A stretch of 32,720 nucleotides of DNA. Origin: an uncultured Propylenella sp. Lineage in GTDB: Bacteria > Pseudomonadota > Alphaproteobacteria > Rhizobiales > Afifellaceae. Position numbers and translations under genes: made by a program. Below the pieces are notes generated by a model, which did no database searches, was not told the origin of the DNA, and saw nothing but the letters and a program-made list of their open reading frames with translations. Shown piece after piece: positions 7,848 through 16,369 of this stretch. The stretch lies in NCBI GenBank assembly GCA_964566475.1, contig CAZMJQ010000484.1:1-32720 (forward strand), in the 5' to 3' direction. Positions within the stretch are counted from its first letter, which is position 1. Each line of letters opens with the position of its first letter.

Positions 7848-8380
7848 TCTCCTATATCGCCGATGCGGTACTGCTGCTCGCGCTGGTGCTGACGAGCATC
7901 CGGGTCGCGACGATGCATCGCGAGCTGCGCCGGCTGCGCGGCTATCAGGCAGAGTATGTCGAGGTGTTCAACCAGACGACCCGCGCGGTCGATAACATCG
8001 ATTCGGCGGTCCGCCACATCGGCCGCGAGGGTCGCGACGTCCTGGAGCGCCTGGAGGCTGCGATGGCAAAGGCGAGGGCGTTGTCGAAGCGGCTGGAGGA
8101 CATGGCGCGCGCGGCGGATGGTGCGAAGCGCGAGCCGTCGCCGTCCGGCGATACCGGCCACTACATCATCGGAAAAGCCGCACGCCCGGCTCCCTCGGAG
8201 AACCGAGCCGCGACTCCCAGGAATGAAATCTTAAGGTTCGCCGCAGATAGTCGGCCGTCTCAGGAACGGCGAGCCGACGCGGCGGGGGAGGCGAGGCTCT
8301 TGCCGCCGCACTATCCGGGCCGCGACTTCCGCATGGCCCCGAGCGTGAAGACGCTGAGGGCGGCGAGCGGGAATGGCTGA
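7844..8380 (+). CDS. Uncharacterised single-pass membrane and coiled-coil protein between fliM and fliN (possibly DUF6468-like)
   Basis: An ATGA start/stop overlap with fliM sits at 7844-7847. The N-terminal hydrophobic helix ISYIADAVLLLALVLTSI is followed by a charged helical region (RELRRLRGYQAEY...LERLEAAMAKARALSKRLEDMARA). Third-position GC is high in the first ~110 codons. 178 aa. Confidence 0.65.
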   Translation: MISYIADAVLLLALVLTSIRVATMHRELRRLRGYQAEYVEVFNQTTRAVDNIDSAVRHIGREGRDVLERLEAAMAKARALSKRLEDMARAADGAKREPSPSGDTGHYIIGKAARPAPSENRAATPRNEILRFAADSRPSQERRADAAGEARLLPPHYPGRDFRMAPSVKTLRAASGNG

Positions 8381-8463
8381 CGGAAGGATCGCGTCGTCTT
8401 TAGCCGAATGTGCGTGGTCGCAGCCGCGACCGATAGGGGGTCGGCCGGCACCGCCGGGCGAGC

Positions 8464-8853
8464 GTGGGCAGTATGAGTGAGAGCATCGTTGAGGAGAGGC
8501 TGGCCGCGGCCGGCGCTGCGCAGCCCCGGCTGGAGAGCTTCGAGAACGGCGTGGCGCCTATGCAGCAGCCCGCGGGCGGATCCGGCATCGGCCTCGATTC
8601 GGTGATGCGCATCCCGGTGAGCGTACAGGTCGTGCTCGGTTCGACCACCATGCCCGTCGCCAACCTCATGAAGCTGTCGCACGGTGCGATCGTGCCGCTC
8701 GACAGCCGGGTTGGCGAGCCCGTGGACGTGGTGGTCAACGGACGCGTGGTGGCGCGCGGCGAGCTCGTTGTCATGGACGACGACAACACCAGGTTCGGGC
8801 TGTCGCTGACGGAGGTGGTGGGATCGCGTCAGCAGGACGGGGCCGGCGAATAG
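8464..8853 (+). CDS. fliN: Flagellar motor switch protein FliN
   Basis: The SpoA/FliN core is IPVSVQVVLGSTTMPVANLMKLSHGAIVPLDSRVGEPVDVVVNGRVVARGELVV. The start is GTG 8464 or ATG 8473. Confidence 0.9.
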   Translation: MGSMSESIVEERLAAAGAAQPRLESFENGVAPMQQPAGGSGIGLDSVMRIPVSVQVVLGSTTMPVANLMKLSHGAIVPLDSRVGEPVDVVVNGRVVARGELVVMDDDNTRFGLSLTEVVGSRQQDGAGE

Positions 8854-8854
8854 A

Positions 8855-9898
8855 ATGTCGGCGAGCGCGGTCACCGCTGTCCCGACGCCGGCGCGCGCGC
8901 TGCATGGGCCGGACCGGGTCGCAGCTCTTCTCCTGGCCATGGGGAAGCCGACCGCGAGCCGGCTTCTCAAGCGTTTCGATCCGCTCGAGCTGAGGGAGAT
9001 CGCGCGCGCCGCCTCGGCTCTCGGGCCGATCTCCGCCGCCGACCTCGAGCCGGTGATCGAGGAGTTCGCGGGCGAGTTCGCCGCCGGCGTGAGCCTGCTC
9101 GGCACCGCCGAGGAGGTCGAGCGCCTGCTGACGGGCATACTGCCAGGCGAGCAGATCTCCGATATCATGGCCGACGTGCTCGGCCATGAGACGGCCACTT
9201 CCGGCAGCGGGCCCACGGTGTGGGAGCGACTCAACGAGGTGCCGGAGGGGTCGCTCGCAGATTTCCTCGCGCACGAGCATCCGCAGACGGCCGCGCTCAT
9301 CCTCTCGAGGCTCAGCTCCGAAGTGACCGCCAAGGTGGTGGGACAAATGTCCGACGGCCTGCGGAAGGGCGTCATGCGGCGTATGACGGCGCTCAAGCCG
9401 ATCACTGCCGCGGGCCTGCGCCTCCTCGAGGGCGGTATGCAGGAGGCCCTGATAAGCGCCCTGGCGAAGAGCGCCTCGGGCGAGGCCTATACGCGCATGG
9501 CCGATATCCTGAACCGTATGGAGCAGGAACATATCGACAGCATTCTGGAGACGATCGCCGAAGGCCGTCCCGACATCGCCAAGGCCCTGAGGCGCATGCT
9601 CTTCCGCTTCGAGGACATTGCCAAGCTGTCGGCCAAGGGGCGCATGACGGTCTTCGACCAAGTGCCGGCCGAAGAGGTGGTGCTGGCGCTGAGGAACGTC
9701 GACGGCGAGCTGCGCGAGCTCGTCCTGTCCTCGATCGCCTCGCGCTCCCGGCGCATGGTCGAGCATGAGCTCCAGAGCGCCGACGAGCCCGATCCGCGCG
9801 CGGTGAAGGATGCACGGCGCAGCATCACCGACCGCATCATGGGCCTCATCAGCAAAGGCGAGATCGAGTTTAACCCTTCGGAAAACGAACCGGCATAG
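8855..9898 (+). CDS. fliG: Flagellar motor switch protein FliG
   Basis: 347 aa. The sequence DRVAALLLAMGKPTASRLLKRFDPLELREI and the C-terminal MLFRFEDI (M-F/L-x-F motif) fit FliG. It starts 1 nt after the fliN stop. Confidence 0.93.
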   Translation: MSASAVTAVPTPARALHGPDRVAALLLAMGKPTASRLLKRFDPLELREIARAASALGPISAADLEPVIEEFAGEFAAGVSLLGTAEEVERLLTGILPGEQISDIMADVLGHETATSGSGPTVWERLNEVPEGSLADFLAHEHPQTAALILSRLSSEVTAKVVGQMSDGLRKGVMRRMTALKPITAAGLRLLEGGMQEALISALAKSASGEAYTRMADILNRMEQEHIDSILETIAEGRPDIAKALRRMLFRFEDIAKLSAKGRMTVFDQVPAEEVVLALRNVDGELRELVLSSIASRSRRMVEHELQSADEPDPRAVKDARRSITDRIMGLISKGEIEFNPSENEPA

Positions 9899-9916
9899 GG
9901 TCGCCGCAGCCTTTCA

Positions 9917-10999
9917 ATGGCGGAAACTGCCGACAAGGAAAGCAAAACCGAAGAGCCCACCGAACGGCGGATTCAGGATTCCGTTGAGAAGGGGAACGTC
10001 CCTGTCTCGCGGGAAGCCTCGACGTTCGCCTCGATGGTGGGAATCCTGGTGATTGCGGCGTTCTTCCTGCCGGAGCGGTCGGCCCGGCTGGCGCTGGCGC
10101 TCAGGCAATTGCTGGACGACCCCGGAGGATGGTCGCTCGCGAATGGATCCGATGCCCGTCATCTTGTGTCCGCGGTCGGCTCGGAGACGGCCTGGTTCCT
10201 GCTGCCCGTCATCGCCACGCTCACCGCGTCCGGTTTTGTCGCGTCGTTCCTGCAGAACGCGCCGAAGCTGGTGCCCAACCGCATCAAGCCGCAGCTCTCG
10301 CGCATATCGATCAGTCAAGGCACGAAGCGTGTCTTCGGCGCCCGCGGGCAGACGGAGTTCCTCAAGGCAACCGCCAAGTTCGCGGCCGTCGCGATCGTGG
10401 TGCTGGTCATATTGCGCTCGGACCAGCTGCGCGTGATGAGCGCCATCTACACCGATCCGGCGGCTCTGCCCTCGCTGATCCTAGGCCTTGCCATGAAGGT
10501 GCTCGCCGCGGTCAGCGTGGCGACGATCGTGATCGTGGCGCTCGATCTGGTGTGGTCGCGGCTGCACTGGCGGCGCGACCTGCGCATGACGAAGCAGGAG
10601 GTGAAGGACGAGATCAAGCAGTCGGAGGGCGATCCGCTCGTCAAGTCGCGGCTGCGCTCGCTTGCCCGCGACCGCGCCCGGCGGAGGATGATCGCTGCGG
10701 TGCCGCAGGCGACGCTGGTAGTGGTCAACCCGACCCACTTCGCCGTTGCGCTGCGCTATGCCCGCGAGAACGGCGGCGCTCCGGTCGTGGTCGCCAAGGG
10801 GCAGGACCTCATCGCGCTGAAGATCAGGGAGGTGGCGGAGGACCACGAGATTCCGGTGGTGGAAGACAAGCCTCTCGCAAGGTCCCTCTACGATGCTGTC
10901 GAGGTGAATCAGATGATTCCGCCCGAATTCTACAAGGCCGTGGCGGAGATCATCTATTTCCTGCAGAGCGAGGGCGGGTTGAAGGCGGTGGCGCGATGA
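9917..10999 (+). CDS. flhB: Flagellar type III export gate protein FlhB
   Basis: 360 aa. The N-terminus is KTEEPTERRIQDSVEKGNVPVSRE, and the NPTH autocleavage motif is present (VVNPTHFAVAL). Confidence 0.95.
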   Translation: MAETADKESKTEEPTERRIQDSVEKGNVPVSREASTFASMVGILVIAAFFLPERSARLALALRQLLDDPGGWSLANGSDARHLVSAVGSETAWFLLPVIATLTASGFVASFLQNAPKLVPNRIKPQLSRISISQGTKRVFGARGQTEFLKATAKFAAVAIVVLVILRSDQLRVMSAIYTDPAALPSLILGLAMKVLAAVSVATIVIVALDLVWSRLHWRRDLRMTKQEVKDEIKQSEGDPLVKSRLRSLARDRARRRMIAAVPQATLVVVNPTHFAVALRYARENGGAPVVVAKGQDLIALKIREVAEDHEIPVVEDKPLARSLYDAVEVNQMIPPEFYKAVAEIIYFLQSEGGLKAVAR

Positions 11000-11448
11000 A
11001 GGCGGGTTTGTCGGAACGCAAGAACGGGCACAGCGCGGAGAGCGAGAAGGCACTGGCGGCGGCGGCGAGGGAGCTCGCGGCCGAGCTTCGCCTGACCGAC
11101 CTCGTCGATCTCATCACGTTCATCCGCACGGAGAACCATCCCAACCTGAGCGATCTGGTCAGTTCGTCCGCCGAGCTCTATTTCAAGCCGGGCACGCTCA
11201 TCTATGGCTGGTCGGCGGAGGTCGACATGCCCTGGACCGGAACGCCGAAGGTGAAGCTCGACCTGGAGTTCAGGCACAACCAGGTCACGGCGTTCTTCAA
11301 TCTCGTGCTGGAGCCGAGGCAGGCGGGCGTCGAGCTGAAAGGCGTCGCGTTCGAGCCGCCGGTCCCCCGCCCGCCTGACGACACCCGCAAGCTCATCGAC
11401 GCGATCGCGGACGCGCGTCTGCCGCACGCGAGCACCTCATTGCAATAG
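10996..11448 (+). CDS. Uncharacterised soluble protein translationally coupled to flhB
   Basis: An ATGA overlap with the flhB stop sits at 10996-10999. 150 aa with no hydrophobic segment and an acidic, mixed alpha/beta character. It is the last gene before the flgB promoter region. Confidence 0.6.
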   Translation: MKAGLSERKNGHSAESEKALAAAARELAAELRLTDLVDLITFIRTENHPNLSDLVSSSAELYFKPGTLIYGWSAEVDMPWTGTPKVKLDLEFRHNQVTAFFNLVLEPRQAGVELKGVAFEPPVPRPPDDTRKLIDAIADARLPHASTSLQ

Positions 11449-11463
11449 CGCGCTGAGGCGCGC

Positions 11464-11477
11464 CAGCTTCACACAAG
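11464..11477 (+). promoter_or_regulatory. Candidate flagellar promoter/activator box CAGCTTCACACAAG upstream of flgB
   Basis: The box ends 42 nt before the flgB GTG. The 15-mer CAGCTTCACACAAGA (11464-11478) is identical to 27449-27463. Confidence 0.5.
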
Positions 11478-11519
11478 ATTCTGCGGCTACGGTCTGCATG
11501 CCTGGGTCATAGGTGTGTC

Positions 11520-11894
11520 GTGGTGCAGCCGGTCTATCTGTTCGATCTAGCGTTCCAGCGTGCGCATTGGCTTTCCGCCCGGCAGGCCACGATTGCCGAG
11601 AACATCGTGAACGCGAACACTCCGAACTACCGTGCGCGCGAGGTCGAGCCGTTCGAGGCTGCGCTCAATCGCACCGACCTGGCGACGCGCGCGACCAACC
11701 CGAGGCACGTCTCGCTCGAGCTGTCGCCCGTGCGTCCGTCGAGCTTTCAGAGGCAGGATTCGTACACCGTCGGCAACGGCGTCAGCCTCGAGAAGGAGTT
11801 GATCAAAGCCGGAGAGGTCTCGCGCGAATACTCACTCAACGTGAGCATCGTGAAGTCCTTCCACCGCATGTGGATGTCGAGCGTAAAGGGGTAA
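11520..11894 (+). CDS. flgB: Flagellar basal-body rod protein FlgB
   Basis: 124 aa. The motif [15 protein letters not shown] and the position directly before flgC fit FlgB. Confidence 0.9.
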   Translation: MVQPVYLFDLAFQRAHWLSARQATIAENIVNANTPNYRAREVEPFEAALNRTDLATRATNPRHVSLELSPVRPSSFQRQDSYTVGNGVSLEKELIKAGEVSREYSLNVSIVKSFHRMWMSSVKG

Positions 11895-11899
11895 GAAGG

Positions 11900-12319
11900 A
11901 TGATCGATCCGCTGACCGCCGCCCTCAAGATCGCGGGGGCGGGACTCGAGGCGCAGTCGGCGCGCATGCGCGTCGTCGCGGAGAATCTCGCCAACGCGCA
12001 GTCGACCGGCAACGGGCCCGGAGCCGACCCCTACCAGAGGAAGACGATCTCCTTCTCGTCCGAGCTCGACCGGATCTCCGGCGTTTCCATGATCGAGGTC
12101 GACCGTATCGGCCGCGACGACAAGCCGTTCCGTGTGGAATACGACCCGGGCCACCCGGCGGCCGACGATGCGGGCTACGTGAAGATGCCGAACGTCAACC
12201 CGCTGATCGAGCTTGCGGACATGCGCGAGGCCAACCGCTCATACGAGGCGGGCCTGCAGATCGTGAAGCAGGGCCGCCACATGATCTCCATGACAATCGA
12301 CCTCCTGAGGAACACATGA
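11900..12319 (+). CDS. flgC: Flagellar basal-body rod protein FlgC
   Basis: The ATG at 11900 lies inside the longer listed ORF 11513..12319. Motifs are ENLANAQST and C-terminal [15 protein letters not shown]. 139 aa. Confidence 0.92.
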   Translation: MIDPLTAALKIAGAGLEAQSARMRVVAENLANAQSTGNGPGADPYQRKTISFSSELDRISGVSMIEVDRIGRDDKPFRVEYDPGHPAADDAGYVKMPNVNPLIELADMREANRSYEAGLQIVKQGRHMISMTIDLLRNT

Positions 12320-12660
12320 GCATCGAAGCCGCCTCTGCGCTCAGTGCGCTTCAGCCCGCCTCCACGGAGGCCACTTCTCCGGCGCAGTCCACGCGCTCGG
12401 TTGGGAGCATTACCGGGGCTGGGGCCGCCGGCGCTGCGGACGGGCCGGACTTCGGCTCCGTGCTGGCGGAGATTACTGCCACGGGCCTGCGCACGGTCGA
12501 AACGGGCGAGGCCGCGGCGATCGCCGGGATTCAGGGCGACGCCTCGGTGCAGAAGGTGGTCGAGGCGGTGATGTCGGCAGAGCAAACTCTGCAGACCGCG
12601 ATAGCGATCCGCGACAAGGTCGTCGCGGCCTATCAGGAAATCAGCCGGATGGCGATCTGA
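12316..12660 (+). CDS. fliE: Flagellar hook-basal body complex protein FliE
   Basis: An ATGA overlap with flgC is present. 114 aa, with the C-terminal segment [32 protein letters not shown]. Confidence 0.88.
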   Translation: MSIEAASALSALQPASTEATSPAQSTRSVGSITGAGAAGAADGPDFGSVLAEITATGLRTVETGEAAAIAGIQGDASVQKVVEAVMSAEQTLQTAIAIRDKVVAAYQEISRMAI

Positions 12661-12670
12661 GGAGACGAGC

Positions 12671-13459
12671 ATGCGAGCCCTTGCTATCGCCGCGACTGGA
12701 ATGGACGCACAGCAGACCAACCTTGAGGTCATCGCCAACAATATAGCCAACATCAACACGACGTCTTTCAAGCGCGCTCGGGCGGAGTTCACGGACCTCC
12801 TCTATCAGGCGGAGCGCTTGCAGGGAGTCCCGCAGCGCGGCGGCGAGGGCGCCGTGCCGGAAGGTGCGCAGATCGGCCTCGGCGTGCGGACGGCGGCCAT
12901 CCGAAACCTGCATCAGCAGGGCGCCCTGGCGCAGACCGGCAACCGTCTCGACCTGGCCCTCGACGGACGCGGCTGGTTCCAGGTCATCGGGGCGGACGGC
13001 GAAGCGATCTATACGCGCGCCGGAGCCTTCAACACCAACGCCAACGGCGAGCTCGTCACGCTCGACGGCTATCGCGTCGAGCCGGCCATCGCCGTTCCGC
13101 CGGAGGCCGTCGACGTGATCGTCAACCAGTCCGGCCAGGTCTATGCGCGCGTCGAGCCGGACACCGAGCTTCTCCTCATCGGCCAGCTCAGCCTTGCGAC
13201 GTTCGCCAACGACACCGGCCTGGAGCCGCTCGGCGGCAATCTCTACCGGGAGACGGAAGCGTCCGGAGCGCCCATCATCGGCGTGCCGGCGGACCCGGGA
13301 ATGGCGAGGATTCATCAGGGCTACCTGGAATCGTCCAACGTCGATCCGGTGAAGGAGATCACGCAGCTCATCTCCGCCCAGCGCGCCTACGAGATGAACT
13401 CGAAGGTCATTCAGGCGGCCGACGAGATGGCCGGGACGGTCGCGAAAGGCATCCGCTAG
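12671..13459 (+). CDS. flgG: Flagellar distal rod protein FlgG
   Basis: 262 aa. Motifs are [34 protein letters not shown] and C-terminal [26 protein letters not shown]. Confidence 0.95.
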   Translation: MRALAIAATGMDAQQTNLEVIANNIANINTTSFKRARAEFTDLLYQAERLQGVPQRGGEGAVPEGAQIGLGVRTAAIRNLHQQGALAQTGNRLDLALDGRGWFQVIGADGEAIYTRAGAFNTNANGELVTLDGYRVEPAIAVPPEAVDVIVNQSGQVYARVEPDTELLLIGQLSLATFANDTGLEPLGGNLYRETEASGAPIIGVPADPGMARIHQGYLESSNVDPVKEITQLISAQRAYEMNSKVIQAADEMAGTVAKGIR

Positions 13460-13460
13460 G

Positions 13461-13946
13461 ATGATCGCCGCCATCGCCCGGCAAGGCATTCGTGCGGCGT
13501 GGGCTCTAGCGCTCGCGGCCGGTCTCTGTGCGGGCATGGCGGCGGGCACCGCCGCGCAGACCGTCACGATGCCCGTGCCGACGGCAACGGTCTATCCAGG
13601 CGATGTCATCGATTCTGGGGTCATCGGCGAGCGCAGCTTCCGGCAGTCGCAGGTCGCGCGCGGCTTCGTCGATTCACGGAGCATGCTCCAAGGCAAGATC
13701 GCGCGGCGCACGCTCCTGCCGAACCACCCCATCCCGCTCAACGCGATCGCCGAGGTTAAGCTCGTTACCCGCGGCACGCCGGTACAGCTCGTTTTCCGCC
13801 AGGCCGGGCTCGTGATCACCGCCTATGCCGCGCCGCTTCAGGACGGCAGCGAAGGCGACATGATCCGCGTGCGCAATGCTGACAGCGGCGCGGTCGTCAT
13901 GGGCGTCGTCCAGGCCGACGGCACCGTCCGCGTCGGCGCGCCATGA
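13461..13946 (+). CDS. flgA: Flagellar P-ring assembly chaperone FlgA
   Basis: 161 aa with a signal-peptide-like N-terminus and a SAF-like C-terminal part (GDMIRVRNADSGAVVMGVVQADGTVRV). It lies between flgG and flgI. Confidence 0.8.
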   Translation: MIAAIARQGIRAAWALALAAGLCAGMAAGTAAQTVTMPVPTATVYPGDVIDSGVIGERSFRQSQVARGFVDSRSMLQGKIARRTLLPNHPIPLNAIAEVKLVTRGTPVQLVFRQAGLVITAYAAPLQDGSEGDMIRVRNADSGAVVMGVVQADGTVRVGAP

Positions 13947-15049
13947 CCGCATTGCGACTAGTCGTAGCAGCCTGCCTTCTCGCGCTCTTCGGCGAGGCCG
14001 CCGCGGCGGCGACGCGCATCAAGGACATCGCAACGCTGCAGGGCGTGCGCGACAACCAGATCGTGGGCTACGGGCTCGTCATCGGCCTCAAGGGGACCGG
14101 CGACAGCCTGCGCAACTCGCCGTTCACCGAGCAGTCGCTGCAGTCGATGCTCGACGGCATGGGCATAAACGTCCGCAACGCGTCGCTCAGGACGCGCAAT
14201 GTGGCTGGCGTGATCGTTACCGCCGAGCTTCCGCCCTTCATCGGCAGAGGCGCCCGGATCGACATCACCGTTTCGTCGCTCGGCGACGCCGCGTCGCTTC
14301 TCGGCGGCACCCTGATCATGACGCCGCTGATGGGCGCCGACGGCGAGATATATGCGGTCGGGCAAGGGCCGGTGGCGGTCTCCGGCTTCTCCACCGAGGG
14401 CGATGCCGAAAGCCTCACCGAGGGCGTCCCCACGACCGGCCGCATCCCCAATGGCGCCGTGGTGGAGCGCGAGGTGGCGGGCGGCTTCCTGGAGCTGGGG
14501 CAGCTCGTTCTGGAACTGAGCAATCCGGACTTCAGCACCGCCATCCGGGTTGTCGACGCGATCAACGCCTATGCTTCCGGCCGCTACGGGCAGCGGGTCG
14601 CGTACGAGCGGGACTACCGGACGATCGTCCTTGAGAAGCCGGACGGCCCGTCCGCTCTTCGCTTCGTCGCGGAGGTCGGCGAGCTGATGGTTGAGCCCGA
14701 CTCGCCGGCTCGCGTGGTGATCGACGAGCGTACCGGGACCGTCGTCATCGGCCGGGACGTGCAGATATCCACCGTCGCCGTGACGCACGGCAATCTCACG
14801 GTGCGGGTGACGGAGGCGCCGACCGTCTCCCAGCCGGCCCCCTTCTCCGAGGGGAAGACGACGGTGACGCCGCGTACCTTCGTGGATGCCTCGCAGGCGG
14901 GAGGACGGCTCGCCATTATCGGCGGCACGGACCTGCAGACGCTCATCGCCGGGCTCAACCAGATCGGGCTCAAGCCCACCGGGATCATCGCCATCCTGCA
15001 GGCCATCAAGACGGCCGGCGCACTGCAGGCCGAGCTCATCATCCAGTAG
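13943..15049 (+). CDS. flgI: Flagellar P-ring protein FlgI
   Basis: An ATGA overlap with flgA is present. The signal peptide is followed by RIKDIATLQGVRDNQIVGYGLVIGLKGTGD. 368 aa. Confidence 0.95.
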   Translation: MTALRLVVAACLLALFGEAAAAATRIKDIATLQGVRDNQIVGYGLVIGLKGTGDSLRNSPFTEQSLQSMLDGMGINVRNASLRTRNVAGVIVTAELPPFIGRGARIDITVSSLGDAASLLGGTLIMTPLMGADGEIYAVGQGPVAVSGFSTEGDAESLTEGVPTTGRIPNGAVVEREVAGGFLELGQLVLELSNPDFSTAIRVVDAINAYASGRYGQRVAYERDYRTIVLEKPDGPSALRFVAEVGELMVEPDSPARVVIDERTGTVVIGRDVQISTVAVTHGNLTVRVTEAPTVSQPAPFSEGKTTVTPRTFVDASQAGGRLAIIGGTDLQTLIAGLNQIGLKPTGIIAILQAIKTAGALQAELIIQ

Positions 15050-15061
15050 GTCCTCCCGCTC

Positions 15062-15075
15062 AAGCCCGGCGCAAG
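15062..15075 (+). promoter_or_regulatory. Weaker copy of the flagellar box (AAGCCCGGCGCAAG) in the flgI-motE gap; possible internal promoter
   Basis: It matches the motA box at 11 of 14 positions. The following CAAGGTTA is shared with the fliF box. It ends 53 nt before ATG 15129. It sits in the only sizeable (79 nt) gap inside the flgB..fliP gene string. Confidence 0.3.
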
Positions 15076-15128
15076 GTTACGCGTCCACGGTCGCGAAGGA
15101 GCTGCCGACGGCGAGGACGATCCCTTTT

Positions 15129-15653
15129 ATGCCTCCTGCAATGTCAGCCCGGCGCTCGTGCCGGCTTCTCGGTTGCATCGTCGCGCTGCTTTTCGGGTCG
15201 GCGGCATTCGCTGCGGACGAGGGCGGCGGCGGCCGCAGTCCGGCCGAGAGCGACGCCGAGATATTCTGCGCCAGTATCGGCAATGCCGCGAGCGATGCGC
15301 GCGTGGCGTGGGAGGCGCGCACCCTCGACGCATTGAAGGCGGACGTGGAGGAGAAGATCCAGGCACTCGACGCCAAGCGGGCCGAGCTCGAAGCATGGGT
15401 GGAGCGCCGGGAGGCCTTCCGCAAGCAGGCCGAGGACAGTGTCGTCGAGATATACGCCCGCATGCGGCCGGACGCGGCGGCGGAGCAGCTTGCGCTGCTC
15501 GATGCGTCGACTGCGGCGGCCGTCCTTATCAGGCTCAAGTCGCGCGTGGCGGGCGCCATCCTGAGCGAGATGGACGCGCCGCGCGCGGTCGCCTTGGCGA
15601 CAATGATCTCGACCGACGGCGAAACGGAAGACGCAGGAGCGGCTCAGCAGTGA
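15129..15653 (+). CDS. motE: MotE-like periplasmic protein (MotC chaperone family)
   Basis: The position between flgI and flgH matches motE in Sinorhizobium. It has a signal peptide (LLGCIVALLFGSAAFA), a single Cys soon after it, a coiled-coil (ADVEEKIQALDAKRAELEAWVERREAF) and an MgtE-N-like tail. The start is ATG 15129 or 15141. Confidence 0.7.
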   Translation: MPPAMSARRSCRLLGCIVALLFGSAAFAADEGGGGRSPAESDAEIFCASIGNAASDARVAWEARTLDALKADVEEKIQALDAKRAELEAWVERREAFRKQAEDSVVEIYARMRPDAAAEQLALLDASTAAAVLIRLKSRVAGAILSEMDAPRAVALATMISTDGETEDAGAAQQ

Positions 15654-16360
15654 AACATCCGCTTCTGCCCGTGCTGATGCTTGCGCTCGGTGGATGCACC
15701 AGCGTCAGTGACATGGGCCGCGAACCCGCGATGACCCCGGTCGGCAGCGGGCTGCACGCCTACCGGACGCCGCTTCCCGTCGCAGCTTTCCCCGGTCCGA
15801 GGAGCCCGAGCTACCATTCGCTGTGGGACGACACGCGCGCCAACCTTTTCCAGGACCCGCGAGCGGCGAAGATCGGGGACATCCTGACCGTCAAGATACG
15901 CATCAACGACAAGGCGACTCTGGACAATTCCTCCTCGCGCCGCCGGAACTCCGGAACGGGGCTGAACGGCAGCTACGACTTTTCGGTCCAGACCATGATC
16001 GAGGACCGCAAGGGCAGCGGTAAGGGCGGCCTCAATCTCGGTGCGAATTCCACGGCGGCGGGCACCGGGACGATCGACCGCTCCGAGAAGATCGATCTCT
16101 CGGTGGCGGCGGTGGTCGCCGAGGTCCTGCCGAACGGCAACCTGTTGATCAGCGGCTCGCAGGAGGTGCGGGTCAATTACGAGCTGCGGATTCTGAACGT
16201 CACCGGAATCGTTCGCCCGCGCGATATCTCCACCGGCAACACGATCGACTACGAGAAGATCGCCGAGGCGCGCATCTCCTATGGCGGCCGAGGCCGTATC
16301 TCCGAGGTGCAGCAGCCCCGCTGGGGCCAGCAGGTCCTCGACGCCGTTGCTCCCTTCTGA
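15650..16360 (+). CDS. flgH: Flagellar L-ring lipoprotein FlgH
   Basis: The GTG at 15650 overlaps the motE stop (GTGA). The lipobox is LMLALGGC, and the sequence IGDILTVKIRINDKA...LISGSQEVRVNYE...GIVRPRDI fits FlgH. 236 aa. The listed ORF start at 15158 is an out-of-context extension. Confidence 0.9.
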   Translation: MKHPLLPVLMLALGGCTSVSDMGREPAMTPVGSGLHAYRTPLPVAAFPGPRSPSYHSLWDDTRANLFQDPRAAKIGDILTVKIRINDKATLDNSSSRRRNSGTGLNGSYDFSVQTMIEDRKGSGKGGLNLGANSTAAGTGTIDRSEKIDLSVAAVVAEVLPNGNLLISGSQEVRVNYELRILNVTGIVRPRDISTGNTIDYEKIAEARISYGGRGRISEVQQPRWGQQVLDAVAPF

Positions 16361-16369
16361 GCGCATTCG

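Noticed and set aside
8311-9766. Two long minus-strand ORFs (8311..9405 at 364 aa, 8771..9766 at 331 aa)
   Set aside because: They are antisense to fliN and fliG, have low-complexity Ser/Arg/Ala content, and show no start context.
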